A DNA stretch of 63,369 nucleotides, filler included, from Octopus bimaculoides (GCF_001194135.2; 4 parts of 4 records of this genome joined end to end with filler, not necessarily neighbours in it), one strand, 5' to 3'. Positions 14,213 to 27,010 are shown, counted from the first letter of the whole stretch. Notes: a model not told the origin generated them from the letters alone. Program-made: numbers and translations.

Positions 14213-14889
14213 TGAGAATGTGTGTGCTTGTATAATCAGATGTTTTTGTATATTCCCACATTTGACAGTTAAGCCTTGCGTGCGTGTGAAAGCGTGCATG
14301 AATTGAGCACCAATTTTTTTTCTGACATATTGGTGTGTAATCAACATAATCAATACATCGTAATTTTTTTATTAGTAATAAGTATATATATAAAGTTTGT
14401 ATATACAATATTTCTTTTAGAGACTAGTTATCAATCATCAAACATTATTAACTCTCAGCTTTAATCACTTCTGTTTATGTTAAATGTGCGATAAGACATT
14501 ATGTTGTTTTTAACGTTAGATTTTCGTTATTTTTTCATCTTATTTCTTCTAGATAAGGAAGAAATAAACAAATACATGTCTAAATTCGTAAATATAATGT
14601 TTAAACACATAAATTGATAAAACTTCACTTATACTACTTCTTTATCTCTTAAAAGAAATTGTATGAATGTGAGTGAGTGTGTATATACGTATGTATATAA
14701 GCATAGGTTGTTGGTGTGTGTGCATNNNNNNNNNNTATATATATATATATGTATATGTGTATATTAATATACGTATATATTTATACATATATTCAAACAT
14801 ATATCTAAATATTCACACACACTAACATACATGTATTTATATATATACATGTACAAATATATGTGTATAACATATAAGTATTTATTTAT

Positions 14890-14929
<40 letters not shown>

Positions 14930-14987
14930 ACATATATATATACATACATGCACACACACATGTGATGGAGCACGCACACACATATAT

Positions 14988-15026
<39 letters not shown>

Positions 15027-15274
15027 GCACACAAATCTGCACACGCACCACACACACACTTACTCACACGCACGTAGTGGTCTTTTTAATTGAGGAGTTA
15101 TAGAAATGCCTACGAACACAAGTTGATAAAACTTTAATAACTTTGCCTTGTTATCTCTTCACATATGTAAGTATGTTTGTGCGCGTATGTGTGTATGCCA
15201 GTATATATGAATGAATGTATGTATTAATGATGTCACATTTGTGATCGTACATATGTGTATATTTACCTCTGTGC

Positions 15275-15352
<78 letters not shown>

Positions 15353-15949
15353 ATTTATATGCGTGTCCGTTGAATACATTTTCCTTGTTGATACTGACAG
15401 TATCTTCCTTGAGTCACATTTTAATCAGTCGCATTATGAATCAGTCGCATTAGCTTTAAAATACAACCTAATATTATTAGTTGTATTCTTAATCGTTTAT
15501 ATATGAACACAAGTATATATGTACACCGGTATACACTCACGCACGCACACACACAATAACACACGCACACACATACATACGCTCACATATGCATAATCCA
15601 CAAATATGCACGAACACATTTGTATATGAAGTTAATCATAATACATAAGAAGACAACAGTCGCTATAAATGCATATATCTTTCATCTTTAAACTTGTAAT
15701 TATTTTACTCATTAAACTGCAGCAATGCACAACTAGAATTTTTGTTTAGTCGAAAGATTCGATCCCCCGAATTTCTTTCTTTCTTTTCTTTTTAAAAATT
15801 TTTCTTTTTTATTTTTTGCTAAGCACTTCGTAATTATTCTATTAGTATTGCTGAACCGCTAATTTCTGGGGACGTAAGCACACAAGCACCAGCTGTCAAA
15901 TGGTACCAGGGGACAGACACATACACAAACACCTATATCTATCTGTGTG

Positions 15950-15986
<37 letters not shown>

Positions 15987-15992
15987 ATATAT

Positions 15993-16029
<37 letters not shown>

Positions 16030-16256
16030 AATACACATACACACACGCACTTATACACACACGCACTTATACANNNNNNNNNNNNNNNNNNNNNNNNNNN
16101 NNNNNNNNNNNNNNNNNNNNNNNNNNNNNNNNNNNNNNNNNNNNNNNNNNNNNNNNNNNNNNNNNNNNNNNNNNNNNNNNNNNNNNNNNNNNNNNNNNNN
16201 NNNNNNNNNNNNNNNNNNNNNNNNNNNNNNNNNNNNNNNNNNNNNNNNNNNNNNNN

Positions 16257-17309
16257 TAAAAATGAAAAGGCCCAAGATTAAGACAATATTTATACGTTAA
16301 AATAACTTACATTGCTTTCTAGAACTTCATTCCATCTGTCAACAAACTTATAAATCCCACGCTTGTAAAATTGTTCATGTTTTGATACGAAATTTGAATC
16401 CAACTCATTTTCAAACTCTTTTCTTGATGTCAACCTAAGACCATCCAAACGATTCTATAATCCCTGAAACAAGTGATACCCAGAAGGGGCAAGGCCTGGA
16501 GTTGATCACAGCAGAGATTAACAGTAATTGTTGTCAAACAGTTCGAATTGGATAATACGTTCAATGTCTCGCCATACACTCACCATGATCTTCCTTGGAT
16601 GAAGTCCTTATCTTGAGTGTTGAACAGGTTTTCTTTCTCAACTGATCCACGATCGACATCGTTGAACGTTATGATAAAGTATACACTTCTCATCACCTAT
16701 AACAAGCCTTTCTAAAAATAGTTTCTTAAGATGTCGTGAAAGCAGTGACTGACAACAGTCAACACGCTGTTGCAGATAATGGGGAGACAGTTCGTGCGGG
16801 ACCCTTTTCGAATCACTGAAACCTGACCAATCCTTTTCAGTTTGCGTAGAACCGTTGTATGGGCTACGTTTAACTGTTCTGCAAGTTCTCTACAAGTGGC
16901 GGTTGGATTTTCGTGACAACGTCTTCCAGCTTTTCAGAATCAAGTTGTTTCGGACGACCTTCTTTTGTCTCATCTTTCAGTCCTAAATCCCCTCTTCTGG
17001 AGCGAGAAAACCATCTCCTACAACTTTTTTCACTCACTACATCTCTGAAGAGACTTTGCTACTGAGCTTACATTGACAACTTTATGAAACTCATAGAGTA
17101 AGGCACTTCCAGTGTGACCTTTAGAATGGACAATCATGGGTGCAAATATAGCAGAAGATTATGGTCAATGCAAACAGATTCCGAAACAAAAATGTAAAAA
17201 TTACTCATTTTGACATTTTTAAAATGTTGCAAGATACACAATTTAAAAAAAAATACTATCTTACATTGTTTTCTAAAACATCGGTCATCACCTTTGCACC
17301 AATCAGACA
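16257..17309 (-). mobile_element. Mariner (DD34D-type) transposon remnant with decayed transposase (about 17137-16290)
   Basis: Minus: LLYEFHK..SCRRWFSR..GRPKQLD..RELAEQLNVAHTTV..VPHELSPH.LQQRVDCCQSLL..LFLERLVIGDEK..RKIMVSVW..ALPLLGYHLFQGL. Matches WVPHEL, TGDEKW and APSDYHLF, with frameshifts and an internal deletion. Mariner-like TIR TGTCTGATTGGTGCAAAGGT next to TA at 17309; the other end is lost in a gap. Confidence 0.92.
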
Positions 17310-18236
17310 TATATATATATGTATATATATATATATGTATATATANNNNNNNNNNNNNNNNNNNNNNNNNNNNNNNNNNNNNNNNNNNNNNNNNNNNNNN
17401 NNNNNNNNNNNNNNNNNNNNNNNNNNNNNNNNNNNNNNNNNNNNNNNNNNNNNNNNNNNNNNNNNNNNNNNNNNNNNNNNNNNNNNNNNNNNNNNNNNNN
17501 NNNNNNNNNNNNNNNNNNNNNNNNNNNNNNNNNNNNNNNNNNNNNNNNNNNNNNNNNNNNNNNNNNNNNNNNNNNNNNNNNNNNNNNNNNNNNNNNNNNN
17601 NNNNNNNNNNNNNNNNNNNNNNNNNNNNNNNNNNNNNNNNNNNNNNNNNNNNNNNNNNNNNNNNNNNNNNNNNNNNNNNNNNNNNNNNNNNNNNNNNNNN
17701 NNNNNNNNNNNNNNNNNNNNNNNNNNNNNNNNNNNNNNNNNNNNNNNNNNNNNNNNNNNNNNNNNNNNNNNNNNNNNNNNNNNNNNNNNNNNNNNNNNNN
17801 NNNNNNNNNNNNNNNNNNNNNNNNNNNNNNNNNNNNNNNNNNNNNNNNNNNNNNNNNNNNNNNNNNNNNNNNNNNNNNNNNNNNNNNNNNNNNNNNNNNN
17901 NNNNNNNNNNNNNNNNNNNNNNNNNNNNNNNNNNNNNNNNNNNNNNNNNNNNNNNNNNNNNNNNNNNNNNNNNNNNNNNNNNNNNNNNNNNNNNNNNNNN
18001 NNNNNNNNNNNNNNNNNNNNNNNNNNNNNNNNNNNNNNNNNNNNNNNNNNNNNNNNNNNNNNNNNNNNNNNNNNNNNNNNNNNNNNNNNNNNNNNNNNNN
18101 NNNNNNNNNNNNNNNNNNNNNNNNNNNNNNNNNNNNNNNNNNNNNNNNNNNNNNNNNNNNNNNNNNNNNNNNNNNNNNNNNNNNNNNNNNNNNNNNNNNN
18201 NNNNNNNNNNNNNNNNNNNNNNNNNNNNNNNNNNNN

Positions 18237-18267
<31 letters not shown>

Positions 18268-18829
18268 TTATATTTGTTTATAGAAGTATGTATGATGCAT
18301 GCATGTCTGCATGTATGTATGTATGTATGTATGTTTAGTGTCTGTTATCACCGTACTTACCATAACTACCGTTTGCACTATTTCCTCAACTCCATTTGCT
18401 CGAAAATGACAGATGCATACCATAGTTTTCTTGCGATGAACAATACTCACACTACAATACAATAAGTATTGAACTACAACCATTAAACTTGGTACGTACT
18501 TCATGGAAGAATACAATTGCATGGTTACCCGGTGCATTGCGTTGCTTTCTGCCTCTTGTACACATTTCCTTACTTCATGAACAAAGAATGTACATGAAGT
18601 AAGTTATTTTATTGTAACTAAAGTACACCGCAACTAAAGAACACCGTAACTAAAGAACACCGCAACATAGAGTCATTTGTGTGCCTACCGCTCCACGAAA
18701 TCTTAAACTTGACTACTGCGAAAACTACCTTCAGAACAAGCTTTTTAAACAACATAAGTTTGTGAGATACGTATGCGAATATCTAAATATTTGAAACCGG
18801 TAATGACTAATTTGAGGAGTCTCTCTCTT

Positions 18830-19208
18830 GCTTCCACTCTGTAACTATTGAGACATCGACGAGTCGTCACCAGTTTTAACGTTTTCTGTCATTCTTACCA
18901 CAGGAACATCTCCGATAAAATTTCTCTCTCAGTTCCACGTCACTTTATGTCATCTCGTCTTGCTCGAAAGCCACAGCCTCTTCATACAAATGCTGTCGTC
19001 CTTCCACGAATACAGATGTCTTTCTACAGTCGTAGCTTCTTTCCTCGAACTGCCAAACTTTGGAACTCCTTTCTGTCTCATTATTTACCCCTTGTTATAA
19101 ACTTAAATCTTTTAAGTCTAAAGTAAATCCACTCATATCCTCTTCATTTTTCCTTCTTCATATAGTCCCTTACACTAAAGCTTCTCAACTTGTCTAGAAC
19201 TCAAAAAA
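18830..19208 (+). mobile_element. CR1/Jockey-group LINE 3' end remnant
   Basis: RHRRVVTSFNVFCHSYH...SFYSRSFFPRTAKLWNSF..NLN.FKSKVN resembles the conserved C-terminus (HRR.V.SL..FY.Y; SF.P.T.KLWNSLP), followed by a short 3' UTR and an A-rich end. Confidence 0.75.
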
Positions 19209-19766
19209 AGAACACGTCGCCTGAGGTGTTAGAAATAACAACCATTCCCTTTAAACCATATTCTAGCATCTCAGAAATAAGAGGAATAATTAGGTATTGT
19301 TAGCATAGACATTTTATAACTGACAATAAAATAAGAATGCTTTATAGCATATGTTTGTTTGATGAGAGCCAATTTTGTAGCTACTAACAACTAGAAATTT
19401 CTTTATTCCATTTATTTTTCTTTACACTTTCTGTAACTCTCGTAATGTAAGTTTGTATCGAAAATTTCTTTGAAATTCAAATTCAGAAAATATATGAAAG
19501 TAAATAATTGATTTAAAACTAAGAACAAAACAACTCCCAAATTGCAAAATAATTCATTTTATTTATATTTTTTTACAAGTTTCAGAAAGAAACCACAGTC
19601 GTTTATTGAATCAATGTGGCTTAATTGAATTGCTATTTCAAAATTATAGTTTGCGGATAATACATATGTGCACATATTTGTGTTTGCGTGCGTGTGGTGT
19701 ATGCCTAAGTGAGAGAGACTGTGCATGTGTAAGACAACCTCTGTGTGTGTGTGTGTGTGTGTGTGG

Positions 19767-19798
<32 letters not shown>

Positions 19799-20086
19799 GT
19801 GAGACTGTAAATTGTCATATATGCTTGTATAAATGTGATGTATTACTGCGCATACATATTGGCCTCTGTTGCTACGTATACATACATGTAGACAGAGAAA
19901 GAAGCAGGCAGCCGACACACACGCGCGCACAAGAACACACAAGCACGCATCCACATAAATACATAAAAATACACACACACACATATATATATGTGTGTAT
20001 ATGTATATATATATATGTGTGTGTGCATATATGCCCGCTCTCTTTTATTTACACATGCGTGTGCGTGAATATATAATATCATATAT

Positions 20087-20146
<60 letters not shown>

Positions 20147-20601
20147 TTAACTCTCTTTTATAAATTCGCATGAAATAAGAAAGATGTCTCCGAAAATTAG
20201 TTCAATCACTGGATGCAAACACATACCTGATGTAAAGATATACACGCACATTACTAACTGTCTAATGACGGTGGGCAAAGGCAGAAAATATTTTCCTTCT
20301 TTGACACTAAATTTAATGTCTTCTGAAGCAATTCATGGCACTTGCTTTTAATATGATTGCACGTTAATATATGATTTGACAACGGAAAATAACGTTATTG
20401 TACCTGTCTAACATCAAAATATAGCCATTTACTGAAAATATTCACTGAATTTCATGCATTAAATCTGCTGAATAGAGAATCATTTACTGTCTACATTTAA
20501 TAATTAATATTTATAGTTTTTGTCTGTTAGGTATTACGTACGCTGATTGCATAAATGTTTCGTCTTTCTCATACGTCTATCCACACACGTCACATATAAA
20601 C

Positions 20602-20632
<31 letters not shown>

Positions 20633-20681
20633 CATGGATGTATGTATGCATGTATGTATGGTAGTGATATTTTGCACATAT

Positions 20682-20781
20682 NNNNNNNNNNNNNNNNNNN
20701 NNNNNNNNNNNNNNNNNNNNNNNNNTTAATTAATTAANNNNNNNNNNNNNNNNNNNNNNNNNNNNNNNNNNNNNNNNNNNN
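20682..20781. other. Artificial assembly spacer N44-TTAATTAATTAA-N44
   Basis: Exactly 100 bp, with a palindromic 12-mer carrying stops in all six frames; identical construct at 29620-29719 and 60239-60338. Confidence 0.95.
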
Positions 20782-20842
20782 GATAAGGTGGTGCCCCAAC
20801 ATGACTGCAGTCAGATGACTGAAACAAGTAAAAGATAAAAGA
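20782..20842 (+). mobile_element. SINE family D 3' end
   Basis: ggtggtgccccaacatgactgcagtcagatgactgaaacaagtaaaagataaaaga; reverse-complement matches at 28585-28630 and 44255-44300. Confidence 0.7.
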
Positions 20843-21617
20843 TAGAATATATATACATGATTAAAAGGGTGGTTTATTAGCAATTAGCCCCTAAAGGCAA
20901 ACTTATTAGGTCACAAAAGGTGACGGAATGTGCCGGTCAGCACCGATTATGGGACTGAACGCCAAGCCATGTAGTTGAGAAACAAATTTCTTAACTTTAT
21001 AACCATTTTTTTTTTCATTAATTTTTGCTGAAAAACAAATGGAAATGGTATGTTCAATTGCATGGTGGATTAATGAGAACACGTTAAAGGGAACGAGATA
21101 ATACAAGAGTTAGGTAACACACTAGAGCTGATGATAAAAACCAACAAACGATGATTACCTTTGACATGCAGACATGTTTGTGATTAAAACACAACCTGCC
21201 ATAAATTTCATCACTCAAAACAAGGATATTGTGTTTCCGAAATACTTTCCTGGAATAAGAGAAAACAGTGTTGTGTTGTTGCCATTATTAGTGATTTAAG
21301 CATTAAGATTAAAATAAAATACTATTATTACTGTTACTAATTAAAACAAATTGTGAAAATAGCAATCATATGTTTATGGTTAGAAATTATTATTAGGTTA
21401 GAAATCATTATTAAGAAAATATTAATAATAAAAAAACATAGTTGTTCTGGAGCCTTCTTTGATCATGGTTGCCTGTGAGTTTTTTCAAACCACAAGTGAG
21501 GGGTTTTTTGTGTGTGTAAGACCAGCAGCAGTATGGTACATTTTGGCATAGCCGTTTTGGCGCCGCCTATTTGGATTCCTGATTCGACGATGACTTATTT
21601 GTCATCAGACGTTTTAA

Positions 21618-21680
<63 letters not shown>

Positions 21681-21802
21681 CTCTCTCCACTTCCCCTCTC
21701 TGCTTATGTGTGTGAGCATTTTTCTCCATTTATGTCAATCACCTTCAATGAATAAGCAGTAATGTCTCCCCCCCCCTTTCTCTTATCATTCTTAACGTAC
21801 GC

Positions 21803-21998
21803 AATTCGGCAAGCTGGCACAATCGTTAACACGCTGGACAAAAATCCTTAGAGACATTTCTTCTGGCTTTTTATAGATCGAGTTCTAATTCCGCCGTGGT
21901 CGACTTTACCTTTAATTCTCTCAGGGTTAATGTAATCATCTAGCTCCCACTCAAACCCCACAGATTTTCGGCCTCGTGTCTATAGTAGAAAGGATTAT
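21803..21998 (+). mobile_element. SINE family A (tail type 1b)
   Basis: cggcaagctggcacaatcgttaacacgctgg...gagttctaattccgccgtggtcgactttacc...ggcctcgtgtctatagtagaaaggattat. Confidence 0.8.
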
Positions 21999-22568
21999 AA
22001 TCAACATATTAACTGATCGATGATCTAAGTTGAAATAACGACTGATTGATAGTCAAGACTCACATACTAGCAAATAGACAAGTAACGTGTCATACTAAAC
22101 ATGCTCGACAACTAATTCTGACCGCAAGAACGTCACACATTACTGTCAATACGTTTTACTCATCAACGCTCAACACTCACGAATACACTACAATTACAAA
22201 CCTGCTGCTACACTGTATCCCCCAGCAACTTTTCTAGCGCAATTCTTGATATCCTGAACCAGGATACAGTAAGCCAACACGCTGAAACCCATTTGACCCT
22301 TTGCTTTTCGTTATATACCTACTTTGTCTCATTGCCGATCGCATTTCCTAATCTTTCCTTCCCAAATCCACAATACTCCAGACTCCCTTATTTTTCCCAT
22401 ACTTTTCATACGGACATGCAGAGGTTGGAGCTGAACGGCATTCACACTGGCCTTTCCAATTTAAGGAGCCTTACTAGGGCTACAAGCATTATGTGCCTCT
22501 CTCAGTTGAACTAACTATTTAGAAACATTTATTAATTTGAGGGACTAATTAATTTCACGAAGAATATA

Positions 22569-22789
22569 TTGGGTTGTCCGGAAAGTTCGTGCCGATTTAT
22601 AGTAGCTTACCTCTCGACTTATTTGCCATGAAACCACCTCAATTCTGGGAAGAGAATATTTTAAAGTTAAAGGAAAGATGGAGACGCATTGTGCAAGAAA
22701 ATGGTTCATATTTGGTTGATTAAAAATGTAATGGCAAGTATTTATTGACCTTTTTCTTTCCTTTAAAAAGAACTTTCCGGACAACCAAA
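22569..22789 (+). mobile_element. Mariner-derived MITE (221 bp) with TA target duplication
   Basis: TIRs TTGGGTTGTCCGGAAAGTTC / GAACTTTCCGGACAACCAAA (1 mismatch), TA on both sides. Interior retains FAMKPPQFWEENILKLKERWRRIVQENGSYLVD*, a mariner transposase C-terminus. Confidence 0.92.
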
Positions 22790-23445
22790 TACTTCTTGAC
22801 AGTAAGCCCACTGTTCCAATCCACATTTATTTTGCTTTTCCATAGTTCGAACCTTCAATCTATTAGTTTAATTAGATCATGGCTTCAGTCTTTTCCAGCC
22901 TTTCTTGACGTTGATTACTGCCCATCACAACCTAATTAAACTATGACTGCTGTCTATTGCGGTTTATTTAAACCCAAACTGTTCTCTCTTCCAACTTACG
23001 TAGATTTTGACAGTCGACTGTGCCATAAACCTTTTTAGGACAGTTACAATAAAGAATGCATCAATATCAACATGAAAAAATATGAGATTGCGAAGTCTAT
23101 TTCTATTTTTTTTTTTGTCGTAGTTTAACCCTTAAGAAAGCCTCGATCGAGCAAACCTATGAATCACAGGCGATCCAGCCGTGACTATTTAGATACTGTG
23201 TATCCAGTGTGTCCCACTTTTTGTAAGAAAGCCACGATTTAATTTGAGGGAGATTTGGCTGCTATTCCGGGTCGATCAAGCAACCAATTAAGGTTCTCAC
23301 ATTGGATAAGATTAAATTCATATACTGCATTGATTACCCGAGCAAGTACTGAAAACAAAAAGGATGTGTTTCCGAAAAAGGAGTGATAAAGTTAAACTTT
23401 TGAATTCGTCTGCAGTCATGTTTTCACTTTAATGATGGAAAATAA

Positions 23446-23543
23446 GTTGACCTCGGCAGAATTTGAACTCAGAACGTAAAGAGAGACGAAATACCACTAA
23501 GCATTTCGCCCAGGCGTGCTAACGTTTCTGCCAGCTCGCCGCT
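23446..23543 (-). mobile_element. SINE family A, 5' half
   Basis: gttgacctcggcagaatttgaactcagaacgtaaag...gctaacgtttctgccagctcgccgc. Confidence 0.88.
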
Positions 23544-23665
23544 TTAAATAATCGAGAAAAATGAAAAAGCAATGCAAATGACTTTAAAAAGTTTTTACTT
23601 ACGTGAGTTCAACCAGTTGCTCTTCAGTGTAATGTGTTCCAGCTGGAATAATAATAATAATAATG

Positions 23666-23730
<65 letters not shown>

Positions 23731-23731
<1 letters not shown>

Positions 23732-23816
23732 TTATCTCTGGCTGCCCAGTCCTGGCTAAGAAGGAATATATTCACAGACACGACAGAGCTGGGACCTATA
23801 TACACTGGAAGCTATG
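23731..23816 (+). mobile_element. Dong-like family 1 copy, 5' end visible and the rest in the gap
   Basis: IISGCPVLAKKEYIHRHDRAGTYIHWKL, nearly the same as 7745-7660; preceded by (AAT)n at 23647-23730. Confidence 0.88.
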
Positions 23817-24589
23817 NNNNNNNNNNNNNNNNNNNNNNNNNNNNNNNNNNNNNNNNNNNNNNNNNNNNNNNNNNNNNNNNNNNNNNNNNNNNNNNNNNNN
23901 NNNNNNNNNNNNNNNNNNNNNNNNNNNNNNNNNNNNNNNNNNNNNNNNNNNNNNNNNNNNNNNNNNNNNNNNNNNNNNNNNNNNNNNNNNNNNNNNNNNN
24001 NNNNNNNNNNNNNNNNNNNNNNNNNNNNNNNNNNNNNNNNNNNNNNNNNNNNNNNNNNNNNNNNNNNNNNNNNNNNNNNNNNNNNNNNNNNNNNNNNNNN
24101 NNNNNNNNNNNNNNNNNNNNNNNNNNNNNNNNNNNNNNNNNNNNNNNNNNNNNNNNNNNNNNNNNNNNNNNNNNNNNNNNNNNNNNNNNNNNNNNNNNNN
24201 NNNNNNNNNNNNNNNNNNNNNNNNNNNNNNNNNNNNNNNNNNNNNNNNNNNNNNNNNNNNNNNNNNNNNNNNNNNNNNNNNNNNNNNNNNNNNNNNNNNN
24301 NNNNNNNNNNNNNNNNNNNNNNNNNNNNNNNNNNNNNNNNNNNNNNNNNNNNNNNNNNNNNNNNNNNNNNNNNNNNNNNNNNNNNNNNNNNNNNNNNNNN
24401 NNNNNNNNNNNNNNNNNNNNNNNNNNNNNNNNNNNNNNNNNNNNNNNNNNNNNNNNNNNNNNNNNNNNNNNNNNNNNNNNNNNNNNNNNNNNNNNNNNNN
24501 NNNNNNNNNNNNNNNNNNNNNNNNNNNNNNNNNNNNNNNNNNNNNNNNNNNNNNNNNNNNNNNNNNNAATAATAATAACAATGATAATG

Positions 24590-24644
<55 letters not shown>

Positions 24645-24682
24645 TAGTAATAATTACAGTAGTAATAATAAGGATAATAGTA

Positions 24683-24756
<74 letters not shown>

Positions 24757-24834
24757 TTAAAGCTAGATATTGCTATGAGAAAAGGCAAAAAAATAATAAG
24801 CAATAAATTTAATAATTTAAAGCTAGATATTGCT

Positions 24835-24877
<43 letters not shown>

Positions 24878-24878
<1 letters not shown>

Positions 24879-24982
24879 GTAACCATAAGAGCACCACCAG
24901 CAAACCACAGCACATACCCAAGGCGCACAGAGCTGCGCTCGGTAGTGAAGTGAAAGCACGTTATAAAAATAAAACTACTGAA
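24878..24982 (+). mobile_element. Dong-like family 1, very short 3'-UTR-only copy inside an (AAT)n array
   Basis: agtaaccataagagcaccaccagcaaaccacagcacatacccaaggcgcacagagctgcgctcggtagtgaagtgaaagcacgttataaaaataaaactactga closely matches the reverse complement of 7121-7222; (AAT)n on both sides. Confidence 0.9.
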
Positions 24983-25571
24983 CAATAATAATAATAATGA
25001 TAATAGTAATAATATAGGATTGACACCATCCATCACTAAGGTAAACATAGCTGACGTAATCCATCACCAAGGCCAACTTAATGACAAAAAGCGCAACTCG
25101 AAAGTAACTTATTTATTTTCGCTTTGAACGATATACTTCGGCATCTCGTGTACCTTCAGCAGGTTCAAAATAAATGTCAGTCTAATTCATTTTTAATTCT
25201 TACAAGGCACACCCTTTACACTTTTCATACTCCAAATTCTTGCAATTTCAAATTTTAAAGGATTGTTTTTGTTGTTTTTCATTCTGTTTCTTTGCGATCT
25301 TGGTATCAAACGGACATGTTGGATCAATTCGAAAGCAACTTCGCTTTTCCTTATCGATTATTGTTATGTGTTAGGTGTCTACTACGATGAATGTGAACGC
25401 TCCAAATATCTTACTTACTTGGGTTGTCTGGATTGCACAGTATCAGCAATTTATATTTGGACAGTGTTTTATCCTCCATCGCCTTTAAGAAAAAAAGTAA
25501 CATGGTGTAATATTTAATATAATATAATATAATATAATATATAATATAATATAATATAATATAACATAATT

Positions 25572-25779
25572 ACTATAGGCAAAAGACCTGAAATTTCGGG
25601 GGAGGGGACTAATCGATTACATCGACCCCAGTGTTCAACTGGTACTTAATTTATCGACCCCGAAAGGATGAAAGGCAAAGTCGACCTCGGCGGAATTTGA
25701 CATCAGAACGTAGCGGCAGACGAAATACCGCTAAAGAATTTCACCGGTGAGCTAACAGTTCTGCCAACTCTCCGCCTTA
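25572..25779 (-). mobile_element. SINE family A (tail type 1b), full length
   Basis: tactataggcaaaagacctgaaatttc...atcgaccccgaaaggatgaaaggcaaagtcgacctcggcggaatttg...ctgccaactctccgcc. Confidence 0.9.
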
Positions 25780-26559
25780 ACATAATAGTACATAACACCC
25801 ACCTCCACACACATACACACACATTAATATAGTTACTACTTTCGTCTCATTGATATTTTTCTAACTAGCTACTTTGTTATTTATATNNNNNNNNNNNNNN
25901 NNNNNNNNNNNNNNNNNNNNNNNNNNNNNNNNNNNNNNNNNNNNNNNNNNNNNNNNNNNNNNNNNNNNNNNNNNNNNNNNNNNNNNNNNNNNNNNNNNNN
26001 NNNNNNNNNNNNNNNNNNNNNNNNNNNNNNNNNNNNNNNNNNNNNNNNNNNNNNNNNNNNNNNNNNNNNNNNNNNNNNNNNNNNNNNNNNNNNNNNNNNN
26101 NNNNNNNNNNNNNAAAAAAACAAATGGAAAACAAGACAAACAACACAAAGAAGATCCTTCATCAGTTGTCGGCTGTTTTTCTAATCCGTATTTCGAGCAA
26201 TTCACAAGATACGCCTTCGATAAAACGGTTGCTCCTGGAAAGCAAATTAAATAATATTTGGGATCTTGCGTAGGGTCAAAATTAGTGACAAAACCAGGAC
26301 AGTGAAAACAAACAGGAAGGGCTCCTAAGCCTAAACGAGGTTGTGGTGGCGAACGCGAAGAAACAAGCTTGGACAGGAGACAGACGAGAATACGTCTTCC
26401 TTGTCCAGCTGCACGCTGGTGTATACAAGAAGCTTTTTAAATTCTTAAATATAGCTAAAACAAGAAAGGCCATGCACCTAATGCGACCGCATTGCAGATG
26501 TAATAGTGAGTGAATGAGTGTATGATGAAATATATTTGTTTTTTTCACAAAATATACTT

Positions 26560-26738
26560 TTTTCTATAAAAATGTATGGCCTTGTTTCATGCAAGAGTGC
26601 GTGTTATAAAGCGGCAAATACTGTCTTTAATGACTGTCTTATCAAGCGGTGCGACATGACTCCGAGTTTTGTGTAAAGTTGCTCGCTCTATACAGATTAG
26701 ATGTGCACGCTTTGGCTTTAGGTTGAGCATAGAAAAAG
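26560..26738 (+). promoter_or_regulatory. Candidate core promoter and 5' UTR upstream of a putative first coding exon
   Basis: Non-repetitive, CpG-retaining sequence with TATAAAG at 26605-26611, about 130 bp upstream of an ATG in good Kozak context. Confidence 0.3.
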
Positions 26739-26782
26739 ATGGCTGCTGCTGTGGAAGTGCTCGCACAATGCTTTTCGGGAAG
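26739..26782 (+). CDS. Candidate first coding exon, MAAAVEVLAQCFSG + phase-2 donor; product unknown
   Basis: aagATGG (A at -3, G at +4), 14 open codons, then AG|gtaaat donor. No homology recognised. Confidence 0.45.
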
Positions 26783-26972
26783 GTAAATAAAGGGATATTT
26801 TAATTCAAAAAATTGTCTTCGTTAAATAGTTAACAGCTTAACTTAATAATGACAGGGTTTTTTTTTCCTTTTATAGAATAATATTCTCTTATTTACTTTC
26901 TCGAAAGGCTTTGTGCGCAAAACTTCTCTAGTAACCACTTTTTGCTGTTTTCAAACCAAATCCATACTACAC

Positions 26973-27010
26973 TAACCTGATGAGTGAAGACAATAAAGTT
27001 CACATGAAAC
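26973..27010 (+). ncRNA. Degenerate hammerhead-like motif
   Basis: CTGATGA (26977-26983), stem GTGAA/TTCAC with a 10-nt loop, an extra AT, then GAAAC (27006-27010). Helices I and III are not convincing. Confidence 0.3.

Noticed and set aside
11651-18666. Short tandem units (11-bp x3 at 11651-11689; 16-bp x3 at 18614-18666; also 6236-6272) as CRISPR-like arrays
   Set aside because: No unique spacers and a eukaryotic context; these are slippage duplications.
22046-22514. C-rich unique-looking block with faint LINE-like peptides (DPLLFVIYL; LELNGIH)
   Set aside because: Motifs are too weak and not in a sensible domain order to call.
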